Source: Geopsychrobacteraceae bacterium
GTDB taxonomy: Bacteria > Desulfobacterota > Desulfuromonadia > Desulfuromonadales > Geopsychrobacteraceae
Length of the DNA stretch: 64,000 nucleotides
Assembly (NCBI GenBank): GCA_963676795.2
Contig: CAXXTB010000002.1
Span: 1,152,001-1,216,000 of the forward strand
Direction of reading: 5' to 3'
Position numbers and translations under genes: made by a program. The notes under the pieces were generated by a model. The model searched no databases and was not told the DNA's origin. It was given only the letters and a program-made list of their open reading frames with translations. Each line of letters begins with the position of its first letter. Position 1 is the first letter of the stretch. Positions 1 to 9,526 of this stretch are shown here, in pieces.

Positions 1-2119
1 CGAACTTGAACTGCTGGCGCAGCAGCTCGGTGATGCGGTCGAAGACCTGCTGCAGGTTGACCTCCTGGGAGACAACCTGGGCCACTTCGTAAAGCACACT
101 GAGCTGTTCCTGGCCTGCGGCGTGGCTGATGGTGACCGTGCCGAAGATATCAAAGACATCTTCCATTTCACTGCCGCGGGCCGTGAGGTAGTTTTCCAGG
201 ATGATACGGGCCTGGGCCGCACCGACCGACCCGGAAATGGTTTTTTCGGTAAAGTCTTTGAGCAGAGGCAGTTCATAGTCCTTGAGGCTGCCGCGGAAGT
301 CGATCTCCTGGTTGCCGAGGTACTCGGTAATGGCACTTTGGGCGGTCTTTTCTCCGATGAACTTTGACATCAGTTCGACAAATTCCATGATGGTCGGAGC
401 CCTGCTGATCCGTTTCAGGCGTTGCGGAACCGTGGCCTGGGAATTGAAGATATTGGTAAAACGCACGGCCTGTTGCTCTTCTTCTGGTTTGTGTGAAGAC
501 AGATAGCTGACTGCGACAAGGGTTCCCAGATTGAAGATCAGACTCCAGAACAGGCAGTGGGAATAGATATCGAAACCGCGAAGACCGAAAAGTTCAAGAG
601 GTTTAAGCAGTTTGAAACCGAATATCCCATCGCTGAGGAGGTCCGGAGAGAGCCAGCCTGAATGAACAAAAGACGGAATGAGCAGGGTGATAAACCAGAT
701 GATAAAGCCGCCGCAAAGGCCGGAAACTGCCGCTTTGAGTGAAGCTCTTTTCCAGTAGACGCCGGCAATGATGGCCGGAGCAAACTGTGCGGCGGCCACG
801 AAGGAGATCAGGCCGATATTGGCCAGAGTGTTAGAGCTGCCGATGACCCTGAAGTAGAAGTAGCCGAGCAGGATGACGGCCAGAATACTGAATCTTTTCA
901 GATTGATAAGAATCCCGGAATAATTCTGAATCGGCAGTTTGAGCTTCAGGATCAGGGGCATAAAAATATGGCTGAGCATCATTGTCGCAATGGCGACGGA
1001 GGAGACCATAACCATGCCGGCTGCAGCCGAAAGGCCTCCGACAAAGACGAGAATAGCCAAGGCTTTCTGGCCAAAGGCCAGGGGTAGGGTCAGAATGTAG
1101 TAGTCGGCCTGATGCGGATCTCCGCCACTGTAGATCAGACCGGCCATGGTGATCGGCAGAACAAACAGGTTGATCAAAAAGAGGTAGGCCGGAAATCGCC
1201 ACATGGCGTACCTGATATGTTCTTCATCAACGTTTTCCGTGACCATGATATGGAACTGACGGGGGAGAAACATGACCGCCATCATCGATATCACGATGAG
1301 TGAGAACCATTTGATATAGGGGGTCTGCTCGGTGCCGAGGGTGAACAGCAGCTGTTTTTCAGGGAGGCGCTGATAAAAGGTCCGGAAAACGTCGCCGAAA
1401 CCATCAAAGATACCGTAGGTAATGAACAGCCCAACGGCCAGGAAGGCAATCAGTTTTATCAGCGACTCAAAAGCGACCGCGACAACCAGCCCCTCATGAT
1501 GCTCAGATGAATCGAGATGCCTGGCGCCGAAAATAATCCCGAAGACGGCCAGAATCAGTGCTGCAATCAGGGCGGTATCCAGGTGGGGTTCGATGGTCAG
1601 GGCCGGCAGGTGGATCTCCCCCAGCGGGTCGAAACTCATCGGGATCGACAGAATGTCGAGTGTTTCAGCAATGGCCTTAAGCTGAAGAGCGATATAGGGG
1701 CTGATGCCGAAGATGGCAAAAATGGTCACCAGCGTGCCGATAGACGACGATCGGTTGTAGCGGCTCGAAAGGAAGTCAGCGATACTGGTAATGTTCTGAT
1801 CTCTGGAGATGCGCACCATCTTGCGCAGCAGGAACCACCAGGCGAAAGCGATCAGGGTTGGTCCCAGGTAGATCGGCAGAAATTCCAGGCCGTTTCTGGC
1901 CGCGTTGCCGATGCTGCCGTAGAAGGTCCAGCTGGTACAGTAGACAGCCATCGACAGTGCATAGATATGGGCGTTGTTCTGCAGCCCTTTGCCTCTGCGC
2001 CTGTACTGTTCGGCGATGTAGCCGATGACAAAGAGCAGCAGGAAATAACCGAGAGTCACCAGCAGGACGGTTTCGGTGGAGATAGAAGTTGCTGATTGAA
2101 CGGATTCATGGCCTGTCAT
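1..2119 (-). CDS. SLC5 (sodium:solute symporter)-STAC-GAF membrane sensor, CrbS/CbrA-like; runs off the left edge, so the output domain is not visible
   Basis: Not in the ORF track (no stop in window). Hand translation from ATG at 2119 gives MTGHESVQSATSISTETVLLVTLGYFLLLFVIGYIAE...HIYALSMAVYCTSWTFYGSIGNAARNGLEFLPIYLGPT, typical of SLC5 sensor N-termini. The C-terminal part ELMSKFIGEKTAQSAI...FTEKTISGSVGAAQARIIL resembles STAC and is followed by EQLSVLYEVAQVVSQEVNLQQVFDRITELL (GAF-start-like helix). Confidence 0.85.
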   Translation of the reverse strand, partial: MTGHESVQSATSISTETVLLVTLGYFLLLFVIGYIAEQYRRRGKGLQNNAHIYALSMAVYCTSWTFYGSIGNAARNGLEFLPIYLGPTLIAFAWWFLLRKMVRISRDQNITSIADFLSSRYNRSSSIGTLVTIFAIFGISPYIALQLKAIAETLDILSIPMSFDPLGEIHLPALTIEPHLDTALIAALILAVFGIIFGARHLDSSEHHEGLVVAVAFESLIKLIAFLAVGLFITYGIFDGFGDVFRTFYQRLPEKQLLFTLGTEQTPYIKWFSLIVISMMAVMFLPRQFHIMVTENVDEEHIRYAMWRFPAYLFLINLFVLPITMAGLIYSGGDPHQADYYILTLPLAFGQKALAILVFVGGLSAAAGMVMVSSVAIATMMLSHIFMPLILKLKLPIQNYSGILINLKRFSILAVILLGYFYFRVIGSSNTLANIGLISFVAAAQFAPAIIAGVYWKRASLKAAVSGLCGGFIIWFITLLIPSFVHSGWLSPDLLSDGIFGFKLLKPLELFGLRGFDIYSHCLFWSLIFNLGTLVAVSYLSSHKPEEEQQAVRFTNIFNSQATVPQRLKRISRAPTIMEFVELMSKFIGEKTAQSAITEYLGNQEIDFRGSLKDYELPLLKDFTEKTISGSVGAAQARIILENYLTARGSEMEDVFDIFGTVTISHAAGQEQLSVLYEVAQVVSQEVNLQQVFDRITELLRQQFKF

Positions 2120-2131
2120 GTCGGGTTCCCG

Positions 2132-2374
2132 TTAACTGTTTGATTGTTTCTTGGGTTTTGACAGGTGTATGAAGAGGTAAATGACGAGAATAGAGATCGG
2201 CCAGCCGATGAAAAAATAGAGAACCAGACCGGGAATCCCAACGACAAGGTGGGGGCTGTTGAAGATCTGGATAAATGGATAATTGATCAGTATCAGACCA
2301 ATAATCAGACAGATGACCCAGATTTCATGAACCTGATTCCCGTGGGTCTCGGCATTTTTGTCTTGCTGGGCCAT
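2132..2374 (-). CDS. small two-TM membrane protein, likely partner of the downstream SLC5 sensor
   Basis: 80 aa with two hydrophobic stretches (WVICLIIGLILINYPF / VVGIPGLVLYFFIGWPISILVIYLF). Lies 12 bp upstream of the SLC5 gene on the same strand. Confidence 0.75.
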   Translation of the reverse strand: MAQQDKNAETHGNQVHEIWVICLIIGLILINYPFIQIFNSPHLVVGIPGLVLYFFIGWPISILVIYLFIHLSKPKKQSNS

Positions 2375-2558
2375 GAGAAACCTTCCTGCGGCTGATGTGG
2401 ATCTGTGAGATTAGGATACAATAATAACTTATTGTTTTGTGCTTTGCAAAGAAGACGTAGAGCATGATTGACCAATGGGAGCGTTTTCGCTGGGGAATTT
2501 CTGTGCTATCCTTGCAGCTCGTGAATCATTTTGTCATTTTGAGGACTGTGACCTCCGT

Positions 2559-4280
2559 ATGTTGTACCTCTGGAATAGACTGATAATACTGGGATTTTTT
2601 GTTGCATTGGCGGGCTGTGGACTGTTGCCGCCTGTTGCTGCGCCTGATATTGAGGTCAATGAAGCGCCGCACTATCACTCAGAACTTGCTGATCCCTCGG
2701 CCAAAGCCCTGTTTGCATTCACTCAGTTTCGTCTGCTGGCTGCCGAAGAACGATGGAATGAAGCCTTTGACGCATTGCAGCGGGCTCAGGCCTTTGATCC
2801 GGAGTCCGATTATCTGCGCCTGAACCTGGCCAAGGCCAACCTGCATCTGGAGAATCTTGCCACTGCTATCGATCAGTTGCTTGATCTGCTCGGTCGTGAT
2901 CCGGGGAATCTGGAAATCCGTGTTCTCCTGGGCGATGTCTACAGCTATCAGAAGCGTTTCCCCGAAGCGGTTGAGCAGTTTCGGGAAGCGGTTCTTACTG
3001 ACCCGGACAATGAATTATTGCAGATCCGGCTGGCCATGGCCCTGTCTCAATCCGGGGCGAAAGAGGATGCGGTTGAGATTCTGGAAGTGGTCGCCGAGGA
3101 CCATCCGGACGCCAGCCTGGCCCAGCTTTCGCTGGCTCGTTTCTACAATGAGTTGGGCGAGCGCTCGAAGGCGCTGGAGAAATACCAGGAGTTGCTCGAT
3201 TACAATCCTGGCCTGCAGCAGGCGATTGTTGAGTATGGGCGTCTGCTGGAGCAGGACAATACTCAGGCTGCTCTCGAGCTCTATGAAAGCGCGGTGATTT
3301 TTAACCCCCGGGCTGCCTCGGTCAGGCAGCGCTTGGCCCAGCTCTATCTCAACCAGCGCCAGGTCGAAAAAGCCCGGGATCAGCTTGAGGCGGTCAGTGC
3401 CCAGTTTCCAAGAGATCTGCAGGTTGCTGCCCAGCTTGGCCTTGTCTATCTGGAACTCAGGGCCTGGTCGGATGCTGAGCGGATATTTCAGCAGCTGCTC
3501 GATTCGGGCATGCGTAACCAGCGGATCTATTATTTCCTTGCCTTAGCCCAGGAAGAACAGGGAAAGGTCGATCAGGCCATCGCCAACCTGGAGCAGGTGT
3601 CGGGTGCTTCCGAGAAGTATTTTGATGCGGCTCTGCACCTGGCCTATCTATATCGTCAGAAAGACCTGCCCGACAAGGCGCTTGACGTGTTGCGTCAGAT
3701 TATTGCCCGTGATCCGCAGCAGGAGAATGCCTATTATTATCTGGTCGCTTTTACCTCTGAGGTTAAAGGGCTTGAGAGTGCATTTGCCTGTGCTATGGAC
3801 GCTGTGGCGGCCAACCCCGGTTCCGCTCGTCTGGCTTACCAGTACGCTATCCTGCAGGAAAAACGCGGACAAAGAGAGGATGCCGTGCGCTGGATGGAAC
3901 ATGTCCTGGAGCTTGATGCAGATCATGCCGAGGCACTGAATTTTCTCGCCTATCACCAGGCCGAGAATTCAATCGACCTTGAGCTGGGCTTAAGTCGGGT
4001 GAAGAAGGCTCTTCTGCAGGGGCGGCCCGGGCATATGGTTGACACCCTCGGTTGGATCTACTATAAGATGGGCCGCTTTGAAGAAAGCCGGCGTGCGTTG
4101 GAAGAGGCGGTGTCCCTGATGCCTGCTGATCCATATGTTCTGGATCACCTTGGCGATGTCTACCGGGCACTTGAGCTGTGGGACAAGGCCCGGCAGGTTT
4201 ACCAGAGCCTGCTGGAGAGAAATCCCGATTTTGCCGGGATCAGAGAAAAACTGGACAGTATCCCGGCGGGAGAAGACTGA
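2559..4280 (+). CDS. TPR-repeat lipoprotein (LbcA-like architecture)
   Basis: Lipobox LAGC after a hydrophobic signal when started at ATG 2559. Many TPR repeats. C-terminal ALNFLAY...DTLGWIYYKMG...DHLGDVY motifs. Confidence 0.85.
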   Translation: MLYLWNRLIILGFFVALAGCGLLPPVAAPDIEVNEAPHYHSELADPSAKALFAFTQFRLLAAEERWNEAFDALQRAQAFDPESDYLRLNLAKANLHLENLATAIDQLLDLLGRDPGNLEIRVLLGDVYSYQKRFPEAVEQFREAVLTDPDNELLQIRLAMALSQSGAKEDAVEILEVVAEDHPDASLAQLSLARFYNELGERSKALEKYQELLDYNPGLQQAIVEYGRLLEQDNTQAALELYESAVIFNPRAASVRQRLAQLYLNQRQVEKARDQLEAVSAQFPRDLQVAAQLGLVYLELRAWSDAERIFQQLLDSGMRNQRIYYFLALAQEEQGKVDQAIANLEQVSGASEKYFDAALHLAYLYRQKDLPDKALDVLRQIIARDPQQENAYYYLVAFTSEVKGLESAFACAMDAVAANPGSARLAYQYAILQEKRGQREDAVRWMEHVLELDADHAEALNFLAYHQAENSIDLELGLSRVKKALLQGRPGHMVDTLGWIYYKMGRFEESRRALEEAVSLMPADPYVLDHLGDVYRALELWDKARQVYQSLLERNPDFAGIREKLDSIPAGED

Positions 4281-5029
4281 TGCGTTTTTTGCCACTGTTG
4301 ATTGTCTTGATCCTCTCAGGTTGCCTGCGGCCCAGTGCTCCGGTCTGGACCGTTGTCCCCGAGGCGCAGGAGCTGGTCAGCCGGTTGCGAACCGGTGCGC
4401 AACGCTATCAGGCGTTGGACGTGGCGGCGCAGGTCAATCTGACCAGTGGCGGAAATTTCTATTCGACGCAGCAGTTTCTCCTGATCGAAAAACCGAACCT
4501 GTTACGCTCCGACGTTCTGACCGGATTCGGTCAGCTGGTCATGCAGCTGGCCAGCGACGGGGACGAGCTTGAGGTTCTGCTGCACACCAGCATCCCGGGG
4601 AAATTTTACAGGGGGCCGGCAAGCCGGGAGAGTCTGTCGCGCTTTATCCGTATTCCGTTGCGGGTCGAGGATCTGGTTGCGCTGGTGCTCTACTCGCCGC
4701 CGCTGATTTCCTTCGATCGGGCCGCTGTTGCAGTTTCCGGCAGCGATCTGCTGTTGACCCTCAGCGGGGCAGGGCAGGAACAGAAGGTTCGTTTCAACAG
4801 TCAGCTTCAGCCGGTTGAGGTCAGTTATCTGCGCGATCAGCAACTGCTGCTGCGCACCAGTTACAAGGACTTCGACGTTTCAGGGTTCCCTCTGGAGATG
4901 ATCATCGAGGCACCTGGCGACGAGACGCGGATGCGACTGTCGCTTTCCGAGCTGAATCTCAATCCGCTGGTCGATGCGACCAGGTTCCGCATCAAAAAAC
5001 CGGCCAATGTCATCGAGGAAACTCTATGA
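4280..5029 (+). CDS. LolA/LolB-fold lipoprotein (DUF4292/LolB-like)
   Basis: ATG overlaps the TPR stop (TGATG). Lipobox LSGC. Beta-rich pattern EKPNLLRSDVLTGFGQLVMQLASDG and C-terminal LNLNPLVDATRFRI. Confidence 0.65.
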   Translation: MRFLPLLIVLILSGCLRPSAPVWTVVPEAQELVSRLRTGAQRYQALDVAAQVNLTSGGNFYSTQQFLLIEKPNLLRSDVLTGFGQLVMQLASDGDELEVLLHTSIPGKFYRGPASRESLSRFIRIPLRVEDLVALVLYSPPLISFDRAAVAVSGSDLLLTLSGAGQEQKVRFNSQLQPVEVSYLRDQQLLLRTSYKDFDVSGFPLEMIIEAPGDETRMRLSLSELNLNPLVDATRFRIKKPANVIEETL

Positions 5030-6645
5030 AGAGGGTGCTCGCCGCAGTATTTTTGCTGTTCGTCCTCTGCTCCTGCCGCCATGATCCTGAACCAGTTGTG
5101 CCGAGCTCTTCAACGTCAGAAGGACCTGCTTACGGCGACACTTTTATTGTTGGCTCGATCGGCGATGCCAGCACGCTATTGCCGGTCCTGGCCTCAGATT
5201 CGGCTTCGAGTGATATCAACGGCCTGGTGTATAATGGCCTGGTCCGTTATGACAAAAATTTCAGGGTGGTTGGCGAACTGGCCGAATCCTGGGAGATTTC
5301 AGACGACAACCTGACGATCACCTTTCATCTGCGCGCCGGGGTTAAATGGCACGATGGCACTCCCTTTACAGCGGCTGACGTGAAGTTCAACTATGAACTC
5401 TATATCAATCCGCAGACCCCGACCGCCTACGCCGAGGCCTTCAAGCAGGTGACCGGCCTGGAAACTCCGGACCCTTTGACGGTTGTCGTCCATTACTCCA
5501 AGCCTTACGCGCCCGCCCTGATGAGCTGGGGAATGCCGGTTCATCCGCGCCATCTGCTTGATGGGCAGGATATTACCCGCAGCCCTCTGGCCCGTAAGCC
5601 GGTGGGAACCGGTCCGTACAAGCTGGTTGAGTGGGTTTCCGGCGAAAAGATCGTACTTGAGTCGAATTCCGATTATTTTGACGGACAGCCCTACCTGAAG
5701 AGGGTTGTCTACCGGATTATTCCTGATCCGACGACCCAGTTCCTGGAGTTGAGAACCGGGAATCTCGACTTCATGGGGCTTTCCCCGCTGCAATACGATC
5801 GTCAGACCGATACCCCGGCATTCCGGCGGCTCTACAGCAAGTATCGTTATCTCAATTTTGGTTATACCTACCTTGGCTATAACCTGAGACGGCCGATGTT
5901 CCAGGATAAGCGGGTGCGCCAGGCCTTGTCCTTTGCCATCAACAAGCAGGAGATTATCGACGGCGTACTGCTTGGCTACGGTGCCATTGCGACCGGTCCC
6001 TACAAGCCGGATACCTGGGCCTACAACGCTCAGGTTGTGCGCTACGATTACGATCCGCAAAGGGCCAGGACGCTGCTCGCCGAGGCAGGCTGGAGCGATC
6101 ATGACGGTGACGGGGTCGTCGACAAGGATGGTGTACCGCTGGCCTTTACCATCGTTACCAATCAGGGAAACGACCTGCGTTCAAAAACGGGAGAGATCAT
6201 TCAGCACCGCTTTCGCGATATCGGCGTCGATGTCAAACTGCGGATTGTTGAATGGGCGACCTTTCTCAAGGAGTTTATCAACCCCGGTAAATTTGACGCG
6301 ACAATCCTTGGCTGGAGTGGCGGACCGGAGCCGGATCAGTATAATATCTGGCATTCGAGCAAGACTGCTCCCGGTCAGCTGAACTTTATCGGTTATGTCA
6401 ATCCGCAGGTCGATGAGCTGTTGGAAGAGGGGCGCAGGATCTTTGACCAGGACCAGCGCAAGAGCTACTATGACCGTTTTCAGGAGATCCTGGCCGAGGA
6501 GCAGCCCTACACCTTCCTCTATATACCGGAAGCGTTGCCGGCCGTGGCGCGACGCTTCCGTGGTATAGAGCCGGCTCCGGCGGGAATTCGCTACAATTTC
6601 GACAAGTGGTACGTGCCACAGGACGAGCAGAAATATGCAAGGTAG
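5026..6645 (+). CDS. peptide ABC transporter substrate-binding lipoprotein (SBP family 5, AppA/OppA-like)
   Basis: Lipobox LCSC; family-5 signatures LAESWEISDDNLTITFHLRAGVKWHDGTPFTAADV and PVGTGPY. Confidence 0.93.
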   Translation: MKRVLAAVFLLFVLCSCRHDPEPVVPSSSTSEGPAYGDTFIVGSIGDASTLLPVLASDSASSDINGLVYNGLVRYDKNFRVVGELAESWEISDDNLTITFHLRAGVKWHDGTPFTAADVKFNYELYINPQTPTAYAEAFKQVTGLETPDPLTVVVHYSKPYAPALMSWGMPVHPRHLLDGQDITRSPLARKPVGTGPYKLVEWVSGEKIVLESNSDYFDGQPYLKRVVYRIIPDPTTQFLELRTGNLDFMGLSPLQYDRQTDTPAFRRLYSKYRYLNFGYTYLGYNLRRPMFQDKRVRQALSFAINKQEIIDGVLLGYGAIATGPYKPDTWAYNAQVVRYDYDPQRARTLLAEAGWSDHDGDGVVDKDGVPLAFTIVTNQGNDLRSKTGEIIQHRFRDIGVDVKLRIVEWATFLKEFINPGKFDATILGWSGGPEPDQYNIWHSSKTAPGQLNFIGYVNPQVDELLEEGRRIFDQDQRKSYYDRFQEILAEEQPYTFLYIPEALPAVARRFRGIEPAPAGIRYNFDKWYVPQDEQKYAR

Positions 6646-6648
6646 ACA

Positions 6649-7638
6649 ATGCTGAACTATATTCTCAAACGGCTGCTCATGCTGATCCCTCTGCTGATCG
6701 GAATTACCCTGATCTCGTTCGTGGTCATCCACCTGGCCCCAGGGGAACCGACCGATATGCAGACCCAGATGAACCCCCAAGCCGGGCCGGAGCTGCAGGA
6801 GCGTCTGCGTGTACAGTACGGTCTGGATCAGCCGCTATACGTTCAATACGGAAAATGGCTTGGCCGGCTGCTGGTGCTCGATTTCGGCGACTCCTTTGCG
6901 ACAGATCATCGGCCGGTTCTCGACAAGGTGCTGGAACGGTTGCCGGTAACCATTCTGCTCAATCTGTTGTCGATTGCCCTGATTCTGGTTGTCTCCGTGC
7001 CCCTTGGCGTGTTGTCGGCGATCAGGCGCAACAGTGGTTTTGACCGGACGACCACCATCCTTGTCTTTGCCGGATTTGCTATGCCGTCCTTCTGGCTGGC
7101 CCTGCTGCTGATGGACTGGTTCGGAGTCCGGCTCGGCTGGCTGCCGGTTTCAGGGCTGAAGTCGTTGGGCTATGAATATTTGAGCGCAGGCGGACAGGTC
7201 GCGGACCGGATTTCTCACCTGGTTCTGCCGGTCTTTATTTCGGCGATCGGCGGGCTTGCCGGCTTTTCGCGTTACATGCGCTCCAACATGCTTGAGGTGA
7301 TCCGTCAGGATTATATCCTGACGGCACGGGCCAAGGGACTCTCAGAGCGGGTGGTCATTTACAAACATGCGCTGCGTAACGCTCTGCTGCCGGTTATAAC
7401 GATTCTGGGGCTGTCGGTTCCGGGGCTGATCGGCGGCAGTGTCATCTTTGAGACGATTTTCGCTATTCCCGGTATGGGCAAACTGTTCTACGATGGTGTC
7501 ATGATGAGAGATTATCCCCTGATTATGGGGATACTGGTGATGGGAGCGGTGTTGACCCTGGTCGGCAACCTGCTGGCTGATGTCTGTTACGCGCTTGCCG
7601 ATCCGCGGATTCGTCAGGGCCAGAGTTTCCGTCACTGA
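6649..7638 (+). CDS. peptide ABC transporter permease (OppB/DppB-like)
   Basis: [11 protein letters not shown]-terminus; EAA loop [31 protein letters not shown]-terminus. Confidence 0.93.
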   Translation: MLNYILKRLLMLIPLLIGITLISFVVIHLAPGEPTDMQTQMNPQAGPELQERLRVQYGLDQPLYVQYGKWLGRLLVLDFGDSFATDHRPVLDKVLERLPVTILLNLLSIALILVVSVPLGVLSAIRRNSGFDRTTTILVFAGFAMPSFWLALLLMDWFGVRLGWLPVSGLKSLGYEYLSAGGQVADRISHLVLPVFISAIGGLAGFSRYMRSNMLEVIRQDYILTARAKGLSERVVIYKHALRNALLPVITILGLSVPGLIGGSVIFETIFAIPGMGKLFYDGVMMRDYPLIMGILVMGAVLTLVGNLLADVCYALADPRIRQGQSFRH

Positions 7639-7662
7639 TAATCGCGTACCAAAGGAGGTTTT

Positions 7663-8268
7663 TTGGAAACGAACCGTTTAGGTGAAATGTTGCTGGATGC
7701 CGGTCTGATCGACCAGTTTCAGCTTGAATCTGCATTGTCGATGCAACGCAACCTCGGGGGGCGTATCGGCAGTGCATTGGTGAAACTGGGCTATCTTCCT
7801 GAAGAAACGATCATGGAATTCATCGAAACCCAGGCGAAGTATGCGCGGGTTTCTCTGGCTGAACTGGAGATTTCAGACGAGCTCAAACGGGTTCTGCCCT
7901 ATGACAAGATGCTTGAAATGCTGGTCATTCCGATCGATCTGCGCAGGGCGCAAGGGGAGAAGATCCTGCGCGTCGCAATGACCGATCCGACCAATATCGC
8001 TCAGATCGATACCCTGCAGTTTCGCACGGGGTGCCGGGTCCTGCCGGTGCTCGCTGGTGAAGAGGAGATCGATGAGGCGATCAGGAGACATTTCGCTCCA
8101 CCAGAACCAGCAAGCGGACTGGTAGATGAGCTGGTTGGCCTGGAGCCTAACGCGGTCAGTTTCGATGATCTGCCGGATGATGACCCCCGCTTTCAGCGCC
8201 TGCTGGATGTCCTGCAGCAAAAAGGGCTGCTGACGGCTGCGGAAGCCGAACTGATCAAGTTTGGTTGA
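7663..8268 (+). CDS. stand-alone MshEN / T2SSE-N domain protein (predicted c-di-GMP receptor, no ATPase)
   Basis: RLGEMLLDAGLIDQFQLESALSMQ-RNLGG-RIGSALVKLGYLPEETIMEFIETQ fits the tandem MshEN motif, followed by the T2SSE-N core VAMTDPTN. TTG start preceded by AAAGGAGG. Confidence 0.85.
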   Translation: METNRLGEMLLDAGLIDQFQLESALSMQRNLGGRIGSALVKLGYLPEETIMEFIETQAKYARVSLAELEISDELKRVLPYDKMLEMLVIPIDLRRAQGEKILRVAMTDPTNIAQIDTLQFRTGCRVLPVLAGEEEIDEAIRRHFAPPEPASGLVDELVGLEPNAVSFDDLPDDDPRFQRLLDVLQQKGLLTAAEAELIKFG

Positions 8269-8277
8269 TTAGAACCT

Positions 8278-9123
8278 ATGCGAAGCCGATTTTTGCGTGA
8301 TATTGTCTGGCGGAGGTTGCGTAACAACCGCATGGCGCTGGCCGGAGGCGTCATCGTTCTGGTCATGTTTGTTCTGGCCACTGCGGCCTCTTTTGTGCCT
8401 CTTGATCCTGCCGCGATCAACGTTTCCCAGGGCCTTCAGCCGCCGGGCTGGCAGCATTGGCTCGGCACCGATGACCTCGGCCGCAGTGTCCTGGCCAGAA
8501 TGCTCTATGGCGCGCGGATTTCCCTGCTGGTCGGTTTCGTTGCTGTCGGCCTGTCGACCCTGATCGGTATTGTCATTGGAGCCCTTGCCGGGTTTTACGG
8601 AGGCTGGATCGATGCCCTGGTGATGCGCTTTGTTGACATCATGCTTTGTTTTCCGACCTTTTTTCTGATCCTGGCGGTGATCGCTTTTCTTGACTCGTCG
8701 ATCTGGAACATCATGGTTGTCATCGGGCTGACCAGTTGGATGGGGGTCGCCCGTCTGGTCAGGGCCGAGTTTTTGAGTCTGCGACAACGTGATTTTGTCC
8801 TGGCCGCCCGCTCCCTTGGGGCGAGTGATTCACGGCTGATTTTTCGCCATATTCTGCCGAATTCCTTATCTCCGGTGCTGGTTTCTGCGACGCTGGGCGT
8901 GGCTGGCGCCATACTGACTGAAAGTGCGCTCTCTTTCCTGGGAATCGGGGTTCAGCCACCGACCCCCTCCTGGGGCAATATGCTGATTGTCGGCAAGCAG
9001 ACCCTGGGAACAGCCTGGTGGCTGTCGGTTTTCCCGGGGCTGGCGATTCTGCTGACGGTTTTAGGTTACAACCTGCTGGGCGAAGGTATTCGCGACGCCC
9101 TCGATCCAAGATTGAAAGACTGA
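8278..9123 (+). CDS. peptide ABC transporter permease (OppC/DppC-like)
   Basis: HWLGTDDLGR, GARISLLVG, DFVLAARSLGAS...HILPN, LSFLGIGVQPPTPSWG. Confidence 0.93.
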   Translation: MRSRFLRDIVWRRLRNNRMALAGGVIVLVMFVLATAASFVPLDPAAINVSQGLQPPGWQHWLGTDDLGRSVLARMLYGARISLLVGFVAVGLSTLIGIVIGALAGFYGGWIDALVMRFVDIMLCFPTFFLILAVIAFLDSSIWNIMVVIGLTSWMGVARLVRAEFLSLRQRDFVLAARSLGASDSRLIFRHILPNSLSPVLVSATLGVAGAILTESALSFLGIGVQPPTPSWGNMLIVGKQTLGTAWWLSVFPGLAILLTVLGYNLLGEGIRDALDPRLKD

Positions 9124-9524
9124 TGCCTGACCAATTTATCCAAGAACGTTTTCTGGCACTGCAGCGGGGTGATTATGCTGCGGTCTATCAGAGCTACCAT
9201 TCCGAAGCTCCCTTTGTGCAGAATTTTGCCCGGGAGGCTGATTATGTCGATTTTGCCTCCGAACATCTCTCCCGGATCCAGGTCGTCAGCTGGCGCTGCC
9301 TGGCTCAACGTGAGGCCGGTGCAGGGGTGGAAGTCATCCTGGTCATGGAGCTTGAAGTAGATGGTATCCGTCAGCTCTTCTTTGAACTGGCCCTGCTGCT
9401 TGAGACTCCACAGGGATGGAAGTATCATTCCGCCCAGAAGCTCAGCCCTGAGGAGTTTACTGAGCATCCTGGCCGGCTCGATTTCAGCCACTTCGATCTG
9501 GCTGCCCAGAAGGTCCGTTTCTAG
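9123..9524 (+). CDS. YchJ-like NTF2-fold protein (without SEC-C motif)
   Basis: ATG overlaps the oppC stop (TGATG). RFLALQRGDYAAVYQSYH and GWKY resemble the YchJ core. Confidence 0.6.
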   Translation: MPDQFIQERFLALQRGDYAAVYQSYHSEAPFVQNFAREADYVDFASEHLSRIQVVSWRCLAQREAGAGVEVILVMELEVDGIRQLFFELALLLETPQGWKYHSAQKLSPEEFTEHPGRLDFSHFDLAAQKVRF

Positions 9525-9526
9525 CG

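Noticed and set aside
122..2095. Short ORFs listed in the track over 122-2095
   Set aside because: All overlap the long minus-strand SLC5 sensor frame, which the track missed because it lacks a stop in the window.
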